Assembly (NCBI GenBank): GCA_002919235.1
Contig: PKEX01000037.1
Location: forward strand, 1-64,000
DNA length: 64,000 nt
Origin: Clostridia bacterium
GTDB taxonomy: Bacteria; Bacillota; Limnochordia; DTU080; RSA5
Direction: 5' to 3'
Both the position numbers and the translations under genes were made by a program. Shown here one piece after another: positions 30,950 to 41,733 of this stretch. The notes below the pieces were generated by a model. It saw only the letters and a list, made by a program, of their open reading frames with translations. It was not told where the DNA came from and did no database searches. Positions within the stretch are counted from its first letter, which is position 1; the number at the start of each line of letters is the position of its first letter.

Positions 30950-31160
30950 AGCGGGACACTCCTTTCCTTATGAACCACTGCGATGTCGGAACTGCGGCCG
31001 CATGGGCTGTGATGGGCGCGGCGTGCGCTCGGCGCCGCATACGGACGCCGCTACCAATATGATATCATACTGGTATGTTTTTGCAAGCCTCTGGCCTGCC
31101 AGGACATTTGTCCCTTTTGGCTGGCCCGTTGGTGAGATACATTAGGCGAGAGCGGCGAGC

Positions 31161-32219
31161 ATGAATAAGGAGGCGCGCACCGTGGCTCTCAAGAACGACC
31201 GGTTCTTGAAGGCCTGCCGCCGCGAACCGGTGGACCGGACCCCGGTCTGGTTCATGAGGCAGGCCGGCCGGTACCAGGCGGAGTACCGGGCGCTCAGGGA
31301 GCGGTACACGCTTCTGGAAATTTGCCGCCGGCCGGAACTCTGCGCCCGGGTGACGGCGCTTCCCGTCCGCCAGCTGGGCGTCGACGCGGCCATTCTCTTC
31401 TCCGATATCATGGTGCCTCTGGGCCCGATGGGCATCGACTACGAGCTCAAAGAGAACGTGGGCCCGGTCATCGCCAACCCCATCCGCTCGCTGGAGGACG
31501 TGGAGGCGCTGCGCCCGCTGGAGCCGGAGGCGGAGCTCCCCTACGTCTTCGACACCATCCGCCTGCTGGTCCAGGAGCTCGACGTGCCGCTCATCGGGTT
31601 CGCCGGCGGGCCGTTCACCCTGGCCAGCTACGTGATCGAGGGGAGACCTACCCGCACGTTCGTCGAAACGAAGAGCCTGATGTACCGGGCGCCTGACGTG
31701 TGGCACGCGCTGATGGAGCGCCTGACGGACGGCGTGGTGCGCCACCTTCGCGCCCAGGCCGCGGCAGGGGCTCACGCGCTGCAGGTCTTCGACAGCTGGG
31801 TGGGCGCGCTGGAGGTCAGAGATTACCAGCAGTACGTCTTGCCTTACATGCGCCGCCTGTTTGCGGAGACGGCAGATCTGGGCGTCCCTCGCATCCACTT
31901 CGGCGTCGGCGCCGGCCACCTGCTCCCCTGGATGCGGGAGGCGGGCGGGGAGGTGATCGGCGTCGACTGGCGGGTGCCGCTGGCCGACGCCTGGGAGCGG
32001 GTGGGCGACGGCGTGGCGGTTCAGGGAAACCTCGATCCGGTGTTGCTTTTGGCCCCGGACCACGTGCTGAAGGCCCGGGTCGAGGAGATCCTGGATTCGG
32101 TCCGGGGGCGGCGGGGCCACATCTTCAACCTGGGCCACGGCGTGCTGCCGGCGACGGACCCGGACAAGCTCAAGCGGGTCGTCGAATGGGTCCACCAGCG
32201 AGGAGGCGATACACGTTGA
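31161..32219 (+). CDS. hemE: Uroporphyrinogen decarboxylase
   Basis: PVWFMRQAGRY motif, full length. Confidence 0.9.
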   Translation: MNKEARTVALKNDRFLKACRREPVDRTPVWFMRQAGRYQAEYRALRERYTLLEICRRPELCARVTALPVRQLGVDAAILFSDIMVPLGPMGIDYELKENVGPVIANPIRSLEDVEALRPLEPEAELPYVFDTIRLLVQELDVPLIGFAGGPFTLASYVIEGRPTRTFVETKSLMYRAPDVWHALMERLTDGVVRHLRAQAAAGAHALQVFDSWVGALEVRDYQQYVLPYMRRLFAETADLGVPRIHFGVGAGHLLPWMREAGGEVIGVDWRVPLADAWERVGDGVAVQGNLDPVLLLAPDHVLKARVEEILDSVRGRRGHIFNLGHGVLPATDPDKLKRVVEWVHQRGGDTR

Positions 32220-33181
32220 GCCTGCAGCGGATCGGCATCCTCTTGACCGCGTACGGCACTCCGGATTCGCTCGAGGACGTCGAACCGTACCTGACGCACA
32301 TCCGGGAGCACTACGCCTACATCAAGGGCGACAAGCGGCCGTCGCCGGAGATGGTGCAAGACCTCCAAAACCGCTACCGGGCCGTGGGGGGCCGCTCGCC
32401 GCTCACGGAGATCACCCGGCGGCAGGCGGAGGCCCTGGAGCGCCGGCTCAACCAAGGAGCGGGCGAGGCCCGGTTCAAGGCGTTCGTCGGCATGAAGCAC
32501 TGGCATCCCTTCATCCACGACACGGTGGCGGCCATCGCCCGCGAGGGGATTCAAAGGCTCGTGGGCCTCGCTCTGGCGCCGCAGTACTCCCGCATGAGCG
32601 TGGGCAGCTACAAGGAGGAAGTGGAGAAGGCGATCAAGGCCAGCGGCGCCCCCATCGAGCTCCGCTTTGTCGAGCACTGGCACGACCGCCCCGAATTCTT
32701 GGATGTCCTGGGCGAAAGGGTGCGCCGGGCCAAGCAGCGCCTGCCCGAGGATCTCCGGGACGAAGCGCCCGTCGTCTACACGGCGCACAGCCTGCCCGCC
32801 CGCATCCTGGAGTGGAATGATCCTTACCCCCGCCACCTGGAGGAGACGGCCCGGGCTGCCTCCCAGCGCGCCGGGGTGCGCACCTGGAGGGTCGCGTGGC
32901 AGAGCCAGGGGGCGACGCCCGTCCCGTGGCTCAAGCCGACGCTGGAGGAGACCCTGGTGGAGCTGGCCCGGGAGGGCGCGAAAGCGGTGGTCGTCTGCCC
33001 GGCGGGCTTTGTCGCCGATCACCTTGAAGTGCTCTACGACATCGACATCTCCGCGCAGGAACTGGCTGCGGAACACGGCCTCACCCTGGTGCGGACCGAA
33101 TCGCTCAACGACGATCCGGCCTTTATCGATGCGCTGGCGGCGGTGGTCCGCGACCACCTGCAAGGAGCCGGTTGGGGATGA
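32216..33181 (+). CDS. hemH: Ferrochelatase / coproporphyrin ferrochelatase
   Basis: GILLTAYGTPDSLEDV N-terminus, HSLP and HxE C-terminal motifs. TTG 32216 after GAGGAGG; overlaps the hemE stop. The longer listed ORF start 31700 was rejected. Confidence 0.85.
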   Translation: MSLQRIGILLTAYGTPDSLEDVEPYLTHIREHYAYIKGDKRPSPEMVQDLQNRYRAVGGRSPLTEITRRQAEALERRLNQGAGEARFKAFVGMKHWHPFIHDTVAAIAREGIQRLVGLALAPQYSRMSVGSYKEEVEKAIKASGAPIELRFVEHWHDRPEFLDVLGERVRRAKQRLPEDLRDEAPVVYTAHSLPARILEWNDPYPRHLEETARAASQRAGVRTWRVAWQSQGATPVPWLKPTLEETLVELAREGAKAVVVCPAGFVADHLEVLYDIDISAQELAAEHGLTLVRTESLNDDPAFIDALAAVVRDHLQGAGWG

Positions 33182-34677
33182 GAGTCGCGATCATCGGGGG
33201 CGGGATCACGGGGCTTTCCGCGGCCTACCAGCTGGCCAAGCGGTGCCGGGAGAGCGGGACCGCCGTCGAGATCGTCCTGTACGAATCGGCCGGGCGCCTG
33301 GGCGGCAAGGTGCTCACCCGGCGCGAGCCCGGCGTGATCATGGAGGGCGGGCCCGATTCGTTTCTCGTCCGCAAGCCGTGGATGAGGGAGCTCTGCGTCG
33401 AACTGGGGCTTGAAGAGAGTTTAGTCTCCTTCTACGAAGGGAGCCTGCCGACCCTGATGCGCTTTCGCGGCAAGCTCCGCACGGTCCCCCCGGGGCTCGC
33501 CGCCGGCGCGCCCAGCCGTTGGGGGGCCGTCTTCGCGTCAGACCTCCTCTCCTGGCGGGGCAAGCTCCGGCTGGCCGCGGAGCGGTTCGTCCCGCCCCGC
33601 CGGGACGGCGCAGACGAGACCATCGCCCAGTTCGCCCGGCGCCGGCTGGGCCGGGAAGCGGCGGAGCGGGCGCTCGAACCGATGCTGGCCGGGATCTACG
33701 GCGGGGAAGCCGAGCGGCTGAGCATTCTGGCGACGTTCCCGGCCTTGGCGGAGATGGAGCGGCTTTACGGAAGCCTCTGGGCGGGCGTGCGGAAGGCCCG
33801 GGCCTCCCGGACCCGGCCGCAGGGCGGGAACGGGGCCCATGCGGGCGGGCCGCCGCCGGCCTTTCAGACCCTGGTGCAGGGGCTGGACGCCGTGGTCGAT
33901 GCGCTGGTGCGAAAGGCGGAAGGCGTCCGTTTCGAGCTGGGGCGGGAGGTGACCGGATGCGAACCGGTGCCAGCTGCCAGGGAGGGGGCGCCAGCAGCGC
34001 CCGGGATCCGGGAGGACGGGGCTGCCTCGCCGGGAATCGGCGGGGCGGGAGGAAAGCCGGTCCGCTATGCGCTGGCGTTCAGCGATGGCACCGCCGAGCT
34101 GTTTGACCGGATCATCGTGGCCGCTCCGGCGCCTGCGGCCGCCAAGATTTTGGCCGGGGCGGCGCCCGAAGCCGCCGCCGAGCTCCGGGCGATCCCGTAC
34201 GCGTCCTCCGTCTCGGTCTACCTGGCTTTCCGGAAAGAAGAGGTGCGCCACCCGCTGCGGGGCAGCGGCTATCTTTCCGTCGCGGAGTCCCGCGACAACC
34301 CGGTGCGGGGGACGACCTGGGTCTCTTCCAAGTGGCCCCACTGTGCAGATCCGGACAAGGTGCTGGTCCGCTGCCACATGGGGAAGATCGGGGGCCTTCC
34401 GCCGATCGAGTGCGACGACGACCTGCTGATCCGGGAGGCCAGAGAGGAGCTCCGCCGCGTCCTGGGCATCGACGCGGAGCCGGTGATCACCCACGTGTTC
34501 CGCTGGCGGGAGGCGTTCCCCCAGTACCTCGTCGGCCACCTCCACCGGGTGGCGGCTATCGAGCGGGCGCTGCCACCGGGCATTTGGATGGCCGGGGCGG
34601 CCCTTCGCGGCTTGGGACTTCCCGACTGCGTCCGCCAGGGCCGCGCCGCGGCGGACCAGGTGTTTGAGACGCTGTGA
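33178..34677 (+). CDS. hemY: Protoporphyrinogen/coproporphyrinogen oxidase (HemY-type FAD oxidase)
   Basis: [18 protein letters not shown] motif. ATG 33178 (ATGA overlap with hemH). Contains a Gly/Ala/Pro-rich insertion. Confidence 0.85.
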   Translation: MRVAIIGGGITGLSAAYQLAKRCRESGTAVEIVLYESAGRLGGKVLTRREPGVIMEGGPDSFLVRKPWMRELCVELGLEESLVSFYEGSLPTLMRFRGKLRTVPPGLAAGAPSRWGAVFASDLLSWRGKLRLAAERFVPPRRDGADETIAQFARRRLGREAAERALEPMLAGIYGGEAERLSILATFPALAEMERLYGSLWAGVRKARASRTRPQGGNGAHAGGPPPAFQTLVQGLDAVVDALVRKAEGVRFELGREVTGCEPVPAAREGAPAAPGIREDGAASPGIGGAGGKPVRYALAFSDGTAELFDRIIVAAPAPAAAKILAGAAPEAAAELRAIPYASSVSVYLAFRKEEVRHPLRGSGYLSVAESRDNPVRGTTWVSSKWPHCADPDKVLVRCHMGKIGGLPPIECDDDLLIREAREELRRVLGIDAEPVITHVFRWREAFPQYLVGHLHRVAAIERALPPGIWMAGAALRGLGLPDCVRQGRAAADQVFETL

Positions 34678-34790
34678 CTCGGCGCTGCGGCCCGGGAGGT
34701 TCCCCCTCGCAGGCGTTTTCCAGCCGGATAGGGAAAGAATGCAAGAGGGATTTGGCCGGCTGCTGCGCGGCAGAGGGAGTGAAACCCGTT

Positions 34791-35864
34791 ATGGAGCTTG
34801 GCATTTACACGTTCGTGGAGAACACGCCCGATCCCGCCACGGGCAAGACGCTCCCGCCCGAAGTGCGGGTGCGGAACCTGATGGAAGAGGTGGTCCTCGC
34901 GGACCAGGTGGGGCTGGATGTGTTCGGCATCGGCGAGCACCACCGGCCGGATTACATATCTTCGGCTCCGGCCGTGCTCCTGGCGGCTGCCGCGGCCCGC
35001 ACCGAGCGGATCCGGCTCACCAGCGCAGTGACCGTCCTGAGCTCCGACGACCCCGTCCGGGTCTTCCAGGATTTCGCCACGCTGGACCTGCTTTCGGGCG
35101 GCCGGGCGGAGATCATGGTGGGCCGGGGCTCGTTCATCGAGTCTTTCCCCTTGTTCGGTTACGACCTGGCCGACTACGACGAGCTCTTCGAAGAGCACTT
35201 GGCCTTGCTCCTCAAGGTGAGGGAGTCGGAGATCATCACGTGGTCGGGCAAGCACCGGCCGCCCATCGACGGCCGCGGCGTGTACCCGCGCCCCGTCCAA
35301 GACCCGCTCCCCATCTGGGTCGCGGTGGGCGGGACGCCCCAGTCGGCGGTGCGGGCCGGGGCTTTAGGCCTGCCGATGGCCATCGCAATCATCGGAGGGC
35401 TTCCCGAGCGGTTTAAGCCCCTGGCGGAACTGCACCGGAAGGCGGCGGAAAAGGCAGGGCACCCCATCCCCCGCCTCAGCATCAACTCCCACGGCTTCAT
35501 CGCCGACACCTCGCAAAAGGCGGCCGACCTCGCCTTTCCCGCGCTGAAGTACCAGATGGACCGGATCGGCCTTGAGCGGGGCTGGCCGCCCATGACCCGG
35601 GAGCAGTACGACTTCTCCATCACCCTGCGGGGCGCCAACTTCATCGGAAGCCCGCAGCAGATCGTGGAGAAGATCCTCTTCCAGCACGAGATCTTTGGCC
35701 ATGACCGGTTCCTGCTCCAGCTGACGGTGGGGACCCTGCCGCACCGGGAGGTGCTGCGGGCCATCGAGCTCTTCGGGACGGAAGTCGCCCCCGCGGTGCG
35801 GCGGGCCCTAGGCAAGGGAAAAGAAGAGAAGGCCCCGGCGGGAGACGGCGTCACCGCCGACTGA
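34791..35864 (+). CDS. LLM-class (luciferase-like) flavin-dependent oxidoreductase
   Basis: TIM-barrel LLM signature (MELGIYTF...GIGEHH...). ATG 34791 after GAGGGAG; the listed 5' extension was rejected. Confidence 0.75.
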   Translation: MELGIYTFVENTPDPATGKTLPPEVRVRNLMEEVVLADQVGLDVFGIGEHHRPDYISSAPAVLLAAAAARTERIRLTSAVTVLSSDDPVRVFQDFATLDLLSGGRAEIMVGRGSFIESFPLFGYDLADYDELFEEHLALLLKVRESEIITWSGKHRPPIDGRGVYPRPVQDPLPIWVAVGGTPQSAVRAGALGLPMAIAIIGGLPERFKPLAELHRKAAEKAGHPIPRLSINSHGFIADTSQKAADLAFPALKYQMDRIGLERGWPPMTREQYDFSITLRGANFIGSPQQIVEKILFQHEIFGHDRFLLQLTVGTLPHREVLRAIELFGTEVAPAVRRALGKGKEEKAPAGDGVTAD

Positions 35865-35866
35865 AA

Positions 35867-35900
35867 GGCGGCCGGAGGAGCACCCCTCCGGCCGCTTCTT
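35867..35900. terminator. Bidirectional terminator between convergent LLM and tpx
   Basis: About 11-bp GC stem ggcggccggagg / cctccggccgc, loop agcac, then ttcttg. Confidence 0.6.
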
Positions 35901-35935
35901 GCCTGTCGGTGAAAACCCGGCTGCGGCAGCGCCCG

Positions 35936-36433
35936 TTACTTGGCGGCCTTGGCCGCCTCCAGCGCCGCTTCGTAGTTGGGGTGAGAGGTCACTTCGGGCA
36001 CGTACTCCACGTAGGTGACGGTGTTGCTCGAGTCCACCACGAAGACGGCGCGGGCCAAGAGCCGCAGTTCCTTGATGAGGACGCCCCAGTTGGTGCCGAA
36101 GGAGGCATCGCGGTGGTCCGAGAGGACGACGACGTTGTCGATGCCGGCTGCGCCGCACCAGCGCTTTTGGGCGAAGGGGAGATCCATGCTGATGGTGTAC
36201 ACCTTGACGCCGTCCAATTTTGCGGCTTCCTCGTTAAAGCGGCGGACTTCCGCGTCGCACACCCCGGTATCCAGCGAAGGCACCGTGAGGAAGAGCCGGA
36301 CTCCGGAGGTATCCTGCAGCGTCACCGGGTTCAGATCGTTGTCGATGACCGTGAAATCGCGGGCCTTGTCGCCCACCTTCACCTCGTCGCCCACCAGGGT
36401 GACGGGGTTGCCTCTCATCGTGACGTTGGCCAT
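35936..36433 (-). CDS. tpx: Thiol peroxidase (atypical 2-Cys peroxiredoxin Tpx)
   Basis: SLDTGVCDAE (peroxidatic Cys) and resolving Cys. ATG 36433 after GAGGAGGA. Confidence 0.85.
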   Translation of the reverse strand: MANVTMRGNPVTLVGDEVKVGDKARDFTVIDNDLNPVTLQDTSGVRLFLTVPSLDTGVCDAEVRRFNEEAAKLDGVKVYTISMDLPFAQKRWCGAAGIDNVVVLSDHRDASFGTNWGVLIKELRLLARAVFVVDSSNTVTYVEYVPEVTSHPNYEAALEAAKAAK

Positions 36434-36627
36434 GGTGCATCCTCCTCTTGCACGTGGATTCCAGTTCCAGTCCCCGGCGGCCGCGCCAAGGACACCCAAT
36501 AGTGTTCGACACAAAGGTGCAAAGACCTTGGCCCTTTGGCCTGCCTGCACGAGGAAGAGGGGGCGGGCAGGAGAAACCCTTGTGCCGGGACGCATCGGGA
36601 GGAACCTGCAGTACGGAGGGACGCCGC

Positions 36628-37845
36628 ATGAAACCCCAGATCCCCACCTTAGACGACATCGAGGCCGCCCGGGCCCGGATCGGGCCGCACCTGGTTCCGA
36701 CGCCGCTCCTGGAGTCCCGCACCCTGGGCGAGCTCTGCGGGCGGCAGGTGCTGTGCAAGTTTGAAAACCTCCAGATGACGGGATCGTTCAAGGAGCGGGG
36801 CGCGCTCAACAAGCTGCTCTGCTTGAGCGACGAAGAGAAGGCGCGGGGCGTGGTGGCGGCGTCGGCGGGCAACCACGCCCAGGGGCTGGCTTATCACGCC
36901 AGGCGGCTGGGGATCCCGGTGACCATCGTCATGCCGCTTTACACGCCGGTGGTGAAGGTGGTTCACACGCAGCAGATGGGAGCCCGGGTGATCCAGGCCG
37001 GGGACGACTTCGACCAGGCGTACGAGCTCGCCTGCGACCTGGCGGAGCGGGAAGGGCTCACCCTCGTGCATCCCTTTGACGATCCGGCCGTCATCGCCGG
37101 ACAGGGGACCATCGGCCTCGAGCTTGTGGAAGCCGCGGAGTTTGACTCGGTGCTGGTGCCCGTGGGCGGGGGCGGCCTCATCTCGGGCATCGCGATCGCG
37201 CTGAAGGCGCTGCGGCCCTCCGTAAAGGTGATCGGGGTCGAGGCCGAGCTGTGCGCCAGCATGAAGGCGGCGCTGGCGGGAACGCCGTTCGCGCCCCGGG
37301 GCCGGACCATCGCCGACGGTATCGCCGTGCGCAACGTGGGACGTCTCACCGCCGCCGTCGTCCGGGAGCTGGTGGACGGCATGGTGTCGGTGAGCGAAGG
37401 GGAGATCGCCCACGGGGTCCAGCTGCTGCTGGAGATCGAAAAAACGCTGGTGGAAGGGGCGGGCGCGGTGGGCCTTGCGGCGCTGCTGCACCACGGGGCA
37501 GAGGTGCCGGGAGAGCGCAGCGTGGTCCTGTTGAGCGGCGGCAACATGGACATCACGATGCTGGCGAAGATCATCGAGCGGGGGCTGATCGCGGACGGCC
37601 GGCTCGCCCGCCTGGTAGTGCGGGTGCCCGATGTCCCCGGAGGGCTGGCGGCGGTCACGGAGTGCATCTCAAAGGAGCGGGGCAACATCCGGGACGTGGT
37701 TCACCACCGGGCCTTCAGCCAGACGCCCCTGGGCGAAGCCCTGGTGGAGTTTACCGTGGAGACCCGCTCGCACCAGCACGTGGCCCAGATCGAGGCCGCG
37801 CTGAAAGCGCAGGGCTACGAAGTGCGGCGGTTCGCACTGGTCTGA
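36628..37845 (+). CDS. ilvA: Threonine ammonia-lyase (PLP-dependent) with C-terminal ACT-like domain
   Basis: SFKERG PLP-lysine motif and GGGGL glycine loop. ATG 36628 after GGAGGG. Confidence 0.85.
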   Translation: MKPQIPTLDDIEAARARIGPHLVPTPLLESRTLGELCGRQVLCKFENLQMTGSFKERGALNKLLCLSDEEKARGVVAASAGNHAQGLAYHARRLGIPVTIVMPLYTPVVKVVHTQQMGARVIQAGDDFDQAYELACDLAEREGLTLVHPFDDPAVIAGQGTIGLELVEAAEFDSVLVPVGGGGLISGIAIALKALRPSVKVIGVEAELCASMKAALAGTPFAPRGRTIADGIAVRNVGRLTAAVVRELVDGMVSVSEGEIAHGVQLLLEIEKTLVEGAGAVGLAALLHHGAEVPGERSVVLLSGGNMDITMLAKIIERGLIADGRLARLVVRVPDVPGGLAAVTECISKERGNIRDVVHHRAFSQTPLGEALVEFTVETRSHQHVAQIEAALKAQGYEVRRFALV

Positions 37846-37918
37846 CGAAGGAAGTGCATGGACTCGCTCCCCTCCCGGCGGGGGTGGCCCGGCGCCGGCA
37901 CCCGGCGCTCCCGGGGCT

Positions 37919-38914
37919 TCAGGCGGAGCCGCGCACCACGATCTCCGTGTCGAGCACCACGCGCCTGGCCTCCAGGGGCTTGCCTTCGATGAGCCGGAGG
38001 AGCATGCGGATGGCGGTCTGCCCCATCTCCCGGATGGGCTGGCGCACGGTGGTGAGCGGCGGGCGGGTGTGCTGGGCGAGCGGAAGGTCGTCAAAGCCCA
38101 TCACGGCCACGTCCTCCGGGACGGAGATCCCCGCCTCGGCCAGGGCCTGCAGGACGCCCGCCGCCATCAGGTCGTTGGAGCAGAACCAGGCGTCGGGCAT
38201 GGGTTTTCCTTGCTTGATCCACTCCTTGATCAACCGGTAGCCCGTCGGCTGCTGGAAGTCGCCGCTCAGGACCAGCCCTTCGTCAAAGCCGATGCCCGCT
38301 TCCTCCAGAGCCAAGCGGTATCCCCGGAGCCGGTCGCGGGCCGACTCAATCTCCAGCGGCCCGGTGATGAAGCCGATGCGCCGGTGCCCGCGGGACACGA
38401 GATAGCCGGTGGCCTGGAGCGCCGCCCGCAGGTTGTCGACGGTGACGTGGGGAAACTTGGTCCCCTCGGAGCGGTGGTCGACGATGACCGCGTTCACGGG
38501 CGGGTCCCCACCCAGGTCCCGGAGCATCTTGTCCTCTTCGTGCCGGGGCGTGACCACCACCAGGCCGCTGTGTCTCATCTCCAGCAGCCGCTGGACGACG
38601 TTCTCCCGGGACCGGCCCCGGGTGGTGTAGAGGACCAGGTCGTACCCGCGAGAGAACGCCTCCGCCTCCACGCCCTCCAGGATGGCACAGTAGAACGGGG
38701 AGCTGACGTCGGGGACGATCAGCGCCAGGATGCGGCTGGCCGGACCGTTCTTTCCTTTCCGAGCGCGGCCGGGATCGTAGCCCAGCGCTTTGGCCGCCTC
38801 CAGCACGCGCCGGCGGGTCTCTTCGCTCACCTGGTGGTGGCCGGAGAGGGCCCTCGACGCCGTGGACGGGCTGACTCCCGCCGCTTTCGCCACCTCTCTC
38901 AAGCTGCTGCGCAA
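37919..38914 (-). CDS. LacI-family transcriptional regulator
   Basis: HTH (LREVAKAAGVSPSTASRAL) plus periplasmic-binding-fold sugar domain. TTG 38914 after GGGGGGA. Confidence 0.85.
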   Translation of the reverse strand: MRSSLREVAKAAGVSPSTASRALSGHHQVSEETRRRVLEAAKALGYDPGRARKGKNGPASRILALIVPDVSSPFYCAILEGVEAEAFSRGYDLVLYTTRGRSRENVVQRLLEMRHSGLVVVTPRHEEDKMLRDLGGDPPVNAVIVDHRSEGTKFPHVTVDNLRAALQATGYLVSRGHRRIGFITGPLEIESARDRLRGYRLALEEAGIGFDEGLVLSGDFQQPTGYRLIKEWIKQGKPMPDAWFCSNDLMAAGVLQALAEAGISVPEDVAVMGFDDLPLAQHTRPPLTTVRQPIREMGQTAIRMLLRLIEGKPLEARRVVLDTEIVVRGSA

Positions 38915-39126
38915 AGACCATCCCCCCGTGGGCCGTTATGGTAGAGGGCGTGTGGTGTGAGATTCCATACGCGGCGCCCTTTTCCTAGCCTGCGTTGCTG
39001 GATGCGGCCAGATGCCCCAGGACTTGCTCCAAGGTGACGGCCGTCGCCGCGGCGAACGCGCCCGCCATGGTATACTGGTTTTCCCGGGGGCAAACGAGAC
39101 AGCTCTACCGGACGAGCAGGAGGAGG

Positions 39127-39915
39127 ATGAGAGCGTTGACGCAGCGGGACAGCCAGGCCTGTGGCGCGAGGGAAAGGAAGAAGGGGCTCGAGGCTGTGGC
39201 GTGGATGGTGGTGGCAGCGGTCGCGGCGGTGCTGGCCGCCAGCGCTCCCGCCGCTCTGGCCGGTGAGCCTGGAACGCTGGTGGTGACGGGCCAGGCGGAA
39301 GTGAAGGCGGAGCCCGACATGGCCGTCTTTCGAGTCGGGGTCGACACGCGGGCGGAGACGCTGGAGGAGGCCCGGGCGGCCAACGCCGCCGCGATGAACC
39401 GGGTGCAGGAGCGGCTCCTCGCGTCGGGAGCGGAGCCGCGGGACCTCCGGACGGAAGGGTTCAGCGTGCAGCCGGAGTGGCACTACAACGAGGAGGACGG
39501 CACGCGGACCCTGGTGGGCTACCGGGTGAGCCACACGCTGGTGGTGACCGTCACCCGCCTCGACCAGCTGGGAGCGCTGCTGGACGCGGCCATGGAGGAA
39601 GGGGCCAACCGGGTTTCGGGGCCCACGTTCGGTGTCCGTGATCCCGAGGCGCTGGAGCTCGAAGCCCTGCGGGAGGCCGTTCGCCGGGCGAAGCGAAAGG
39701 CCGAGGCGTTGGCGGAGGCCGCCGGGACGTCGCTGGCCGGCGTCGCCGAAATCCGGGAGAGCGTCGTGACGCCGTACGCCGGCGGGATCCGGCTCGCGAC
39801 GGCGGCGGTTGACGCCGCCGAACGGGCCGGGACCTCGATCGCTCCCGGCGAGGTGACAGTGTCGGCGACGGTGACCATCGTCTACGCGATCGACGGCGGC
39901 CCGGGCGCCGAGTGA
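39127..39915 (+). CDS. SIMPL-domain (DUF541) secreted protein
   Basis: Signal peptide followed by the SIMPL fold. Start is ATG 39127 or TTG 39136 (AGGAGGAGG SD). An extended -10 TGgTATACT at 39068-76 lies upstream. Confidence 0.7.
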   Translation: MRALTQRDSQACGARERKKGLEAVAWMVVAAVAAVLAASAPAALAGEPGTLVVTGQAEVKAEPDMAVFRVGVDTRAETLEEARAANAAAMNRVQERLLASGAEPRDLRTEGFSVQPEWHYNEEDGTRTLVGYRVSHTLVVTVTRLDQLGALLDAAMEEGANRVSGPTFGVRDPEALELEALREAVRRAKRKAEALAEAAGTSLAGVAEIRESVVTPYAGGIRLATAAVDAAERAGTSIAPGEVTVSATVTIVYAIDGGPGAE

Positions 39916-40055
39916 GAAGGGGCCCGCCGCGACGGGCGGGCCAGGAACGGAACGTACCGCGGCGAACACGGATGAGGAGACGCACGGGCCGGCGAGGCGT
40001 CTTCCCCGGTTAGGAAGGCGCCTCGCCGGCGCCGGTCGACGGGGGTGGACTGTGG

Positions 40056-40616
40056 ATGACCGAGGCAAAGCGGGGCAGAAACGGTTTGGACGTTGCCACG
40101 CTGGGCGGCGGATGCTTCTGGTGCCTGGAGGCGGTCTTCAAAGAGGTAGAAGGCGTCGAGCAAGTGGTCCCGGGCTACTCGGGCGGGCACGTGCCTCATC
40201 CCACGTACGAGCGAGTGTGCACCGGCGACACGGGGCACGCCGAGGTGGTGCAAATCACGTTCGATCCCGAAATCATCAGCTACCGGGAGCTGCTGGAGAT
40301 CTTCTTTGCCATCCACGACCCCACCACGCTCAACCGCCAAGGAGCTGACGTCGGTACCCAATACCGCTCCATCATCCTGTACCATTCACCGGAGCAGCGG
40401 GAGACCGCCGTCCGGCTCATTGAGGAGCTGGACGCCTCCGGCCTCTGGGAGGATCCCATCGTCACCCAGGTGGAGCCGTTCTCCGCCTTTTATCCCGCCG
40501 AGGAGTACCATAGGGACTACTTTGCCCGCAACCCCAATCAACCGTACTGCAGCCTGGTCATCGCGCCGAAGGTGCGCTCGTTCCGGCAGAAGTTCGCCGG
40601 GCGGCTGAAAGCGTGA
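40056..40616 (+). CDS. msrA: Peptide-methionine (S)-S-oxide reductase MsrA
   Basis: [12 protein letters not shown] catalytic motif. Confidence 0.9.
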   Translation: MTEAKRGRNGLDVATLGGGCFWCLEAVFKEVEGVEQVVPGYSGGHVPHPTYERVCTGDTGHAEVVQITFDPEIISYRELLEIFFAIHDPTTLNRQGADVGTQYRSIILYHSPEQRETAVRLIEELDASGLWEDPIVTQVEPFSAFYPAEEYHRDYFARNPNQPYCSLVIAPKVRSFRQKFAGRLKA

Positions 40617-40617
40617 G

Positions 40618-40956
40618 TCAGCCCGAGCCGAAGATCCGCTCAACCGCCCGCTGCAGGTGAGGGCTGAGGTAGACTCTCACGAAATAGCTGGCTCCGAACG
40701 TGACCAGCGTGTATTCGAGCCACGGGCGGAAGTGCTTTTTCACGAACTCCCCGGGCTTGTTGAGCTCGCGGAAGTAGACGACGACGTGCGCGGCGGCGAC
40801 GATGGCCGCCAAGGACGCGAGATGCAGGTACCACGGAAGCGAGTGTGCCATTCTCGTGTCGCACCGACCTTCGCGCCAGCCGGCGAGCAGTGCGGGCCCG
40901 CCGCTCGCCGGCTGGTTTTTTCGGATGTCATCCAAGGACGAGGCCGGAGGCCTCAC
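40618..40956 (-). CDS. Small hypothetical membrane protein
   Basis: Two predicted TM helices. GTG 40956 overlaps the upstream gene stop (GTGA, translational coupling); ATG 40851 is an alternative. Confidence 0.45.
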   Translation of the reverse strand: MRPPASSLDDIRKNQPASGGPALLAGWREGRCDTRMAHSLPWYLHLASLAAIVAAAHVVVYFRELNKPGEFVKKHFRPWLEYTLVTFGASYFVRVYLSPHLQRAVERIFGSG

Positions 40957-41402
40957 GGGCGAAGGTGCGAGAGCGCCCCCTCCAGCGCTCCTTCCACCAA
41001 GCCGACGAACGCGTCGTAGACCACGTCCGCCGCCTTGATCGCGGTCTTGCCGGCCTCGGCCACGACCTTCACGGTCCTGAAGGCTCCCGAGACGGCGCCC
41101 ACCACCGCCCCCGTGGCCGCCGCGGCGGCGATCCCTCCGACCGACGTATCGCCTGACGACGCCACGTAGGCCACCGCCGAACTGACGGCGCCGATGGCCG
41201 CGGACACGGCGATCCGCACCGCGTCGCCCGATACCGATTCCAGCTCCTCATCGCTCACAGGCACCGCGCCGTCCCCGAACCACGCCGCGGCGGGTGCGGG
41301 ATGGGAGAGCGCCCCGGGAGCGGCCGCGGCGGCGAACGCTCCCCACGGGACAGCCAAGACCAGCACCCACGCCAGCGTCACCCTGGCAAGACGCACCCAC
41401 AT
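40953..41402 (-). CDS. Hypothetical secreted Gly/Ala-rich protein (149 aa)
   Basis: Signal-peptide-like N-terminus MWVRLARVTLAWVLVLAVPWGAFA followed by a Gly/Ala/Val/Ser-rich repetitive region. The listed ORF 5' part (to 42014) is antisense to dacB and was rejected. Confidence 0.45.
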   Translation of the reverse strand: MWVRLARVTLAWVLVLAVPWGAFAAAAAPGALSHPAPAAAWFGDGAVPVSDEELESVSGDAVRIAVSAAIGAVSSAVAYVASSGDTSVGGIAAAAATGAVVGAVSGAFRTVKVVAEAGKTAIKAADVVYDAFVGLVEGALEGALSHLRP

Positions 41403-41733
41403 CACCCGGACGAACCCCTTTCGCCCCTCACGGGCAGGGCTGTACCAGTAAGTGTAAGTTCCCGGGTGCGCCGAAGCAACGACCGAATTGGCCGGAGGAT
41501 CGCCCGTTTCGGCGGATGCGGAGAGGCGAAAGAGAAGCAAAATCGCGGCCGGTCTCCCGTTTTCTCCAAATTGCACCATTGTCTGTGCACGAGGTCTGTC
41601 CGCAGGCAGCGGCCCCGTAGCCCACCGCGTCCAGCCGCACAGGAAACGGCAGGTACTTTCCCGCGCGATACGGAACAATCCGGTGATGCATCCGTTCGTC
41701 CCTGCGGCCGAGAATGGGGAGGGATCGCGCACC

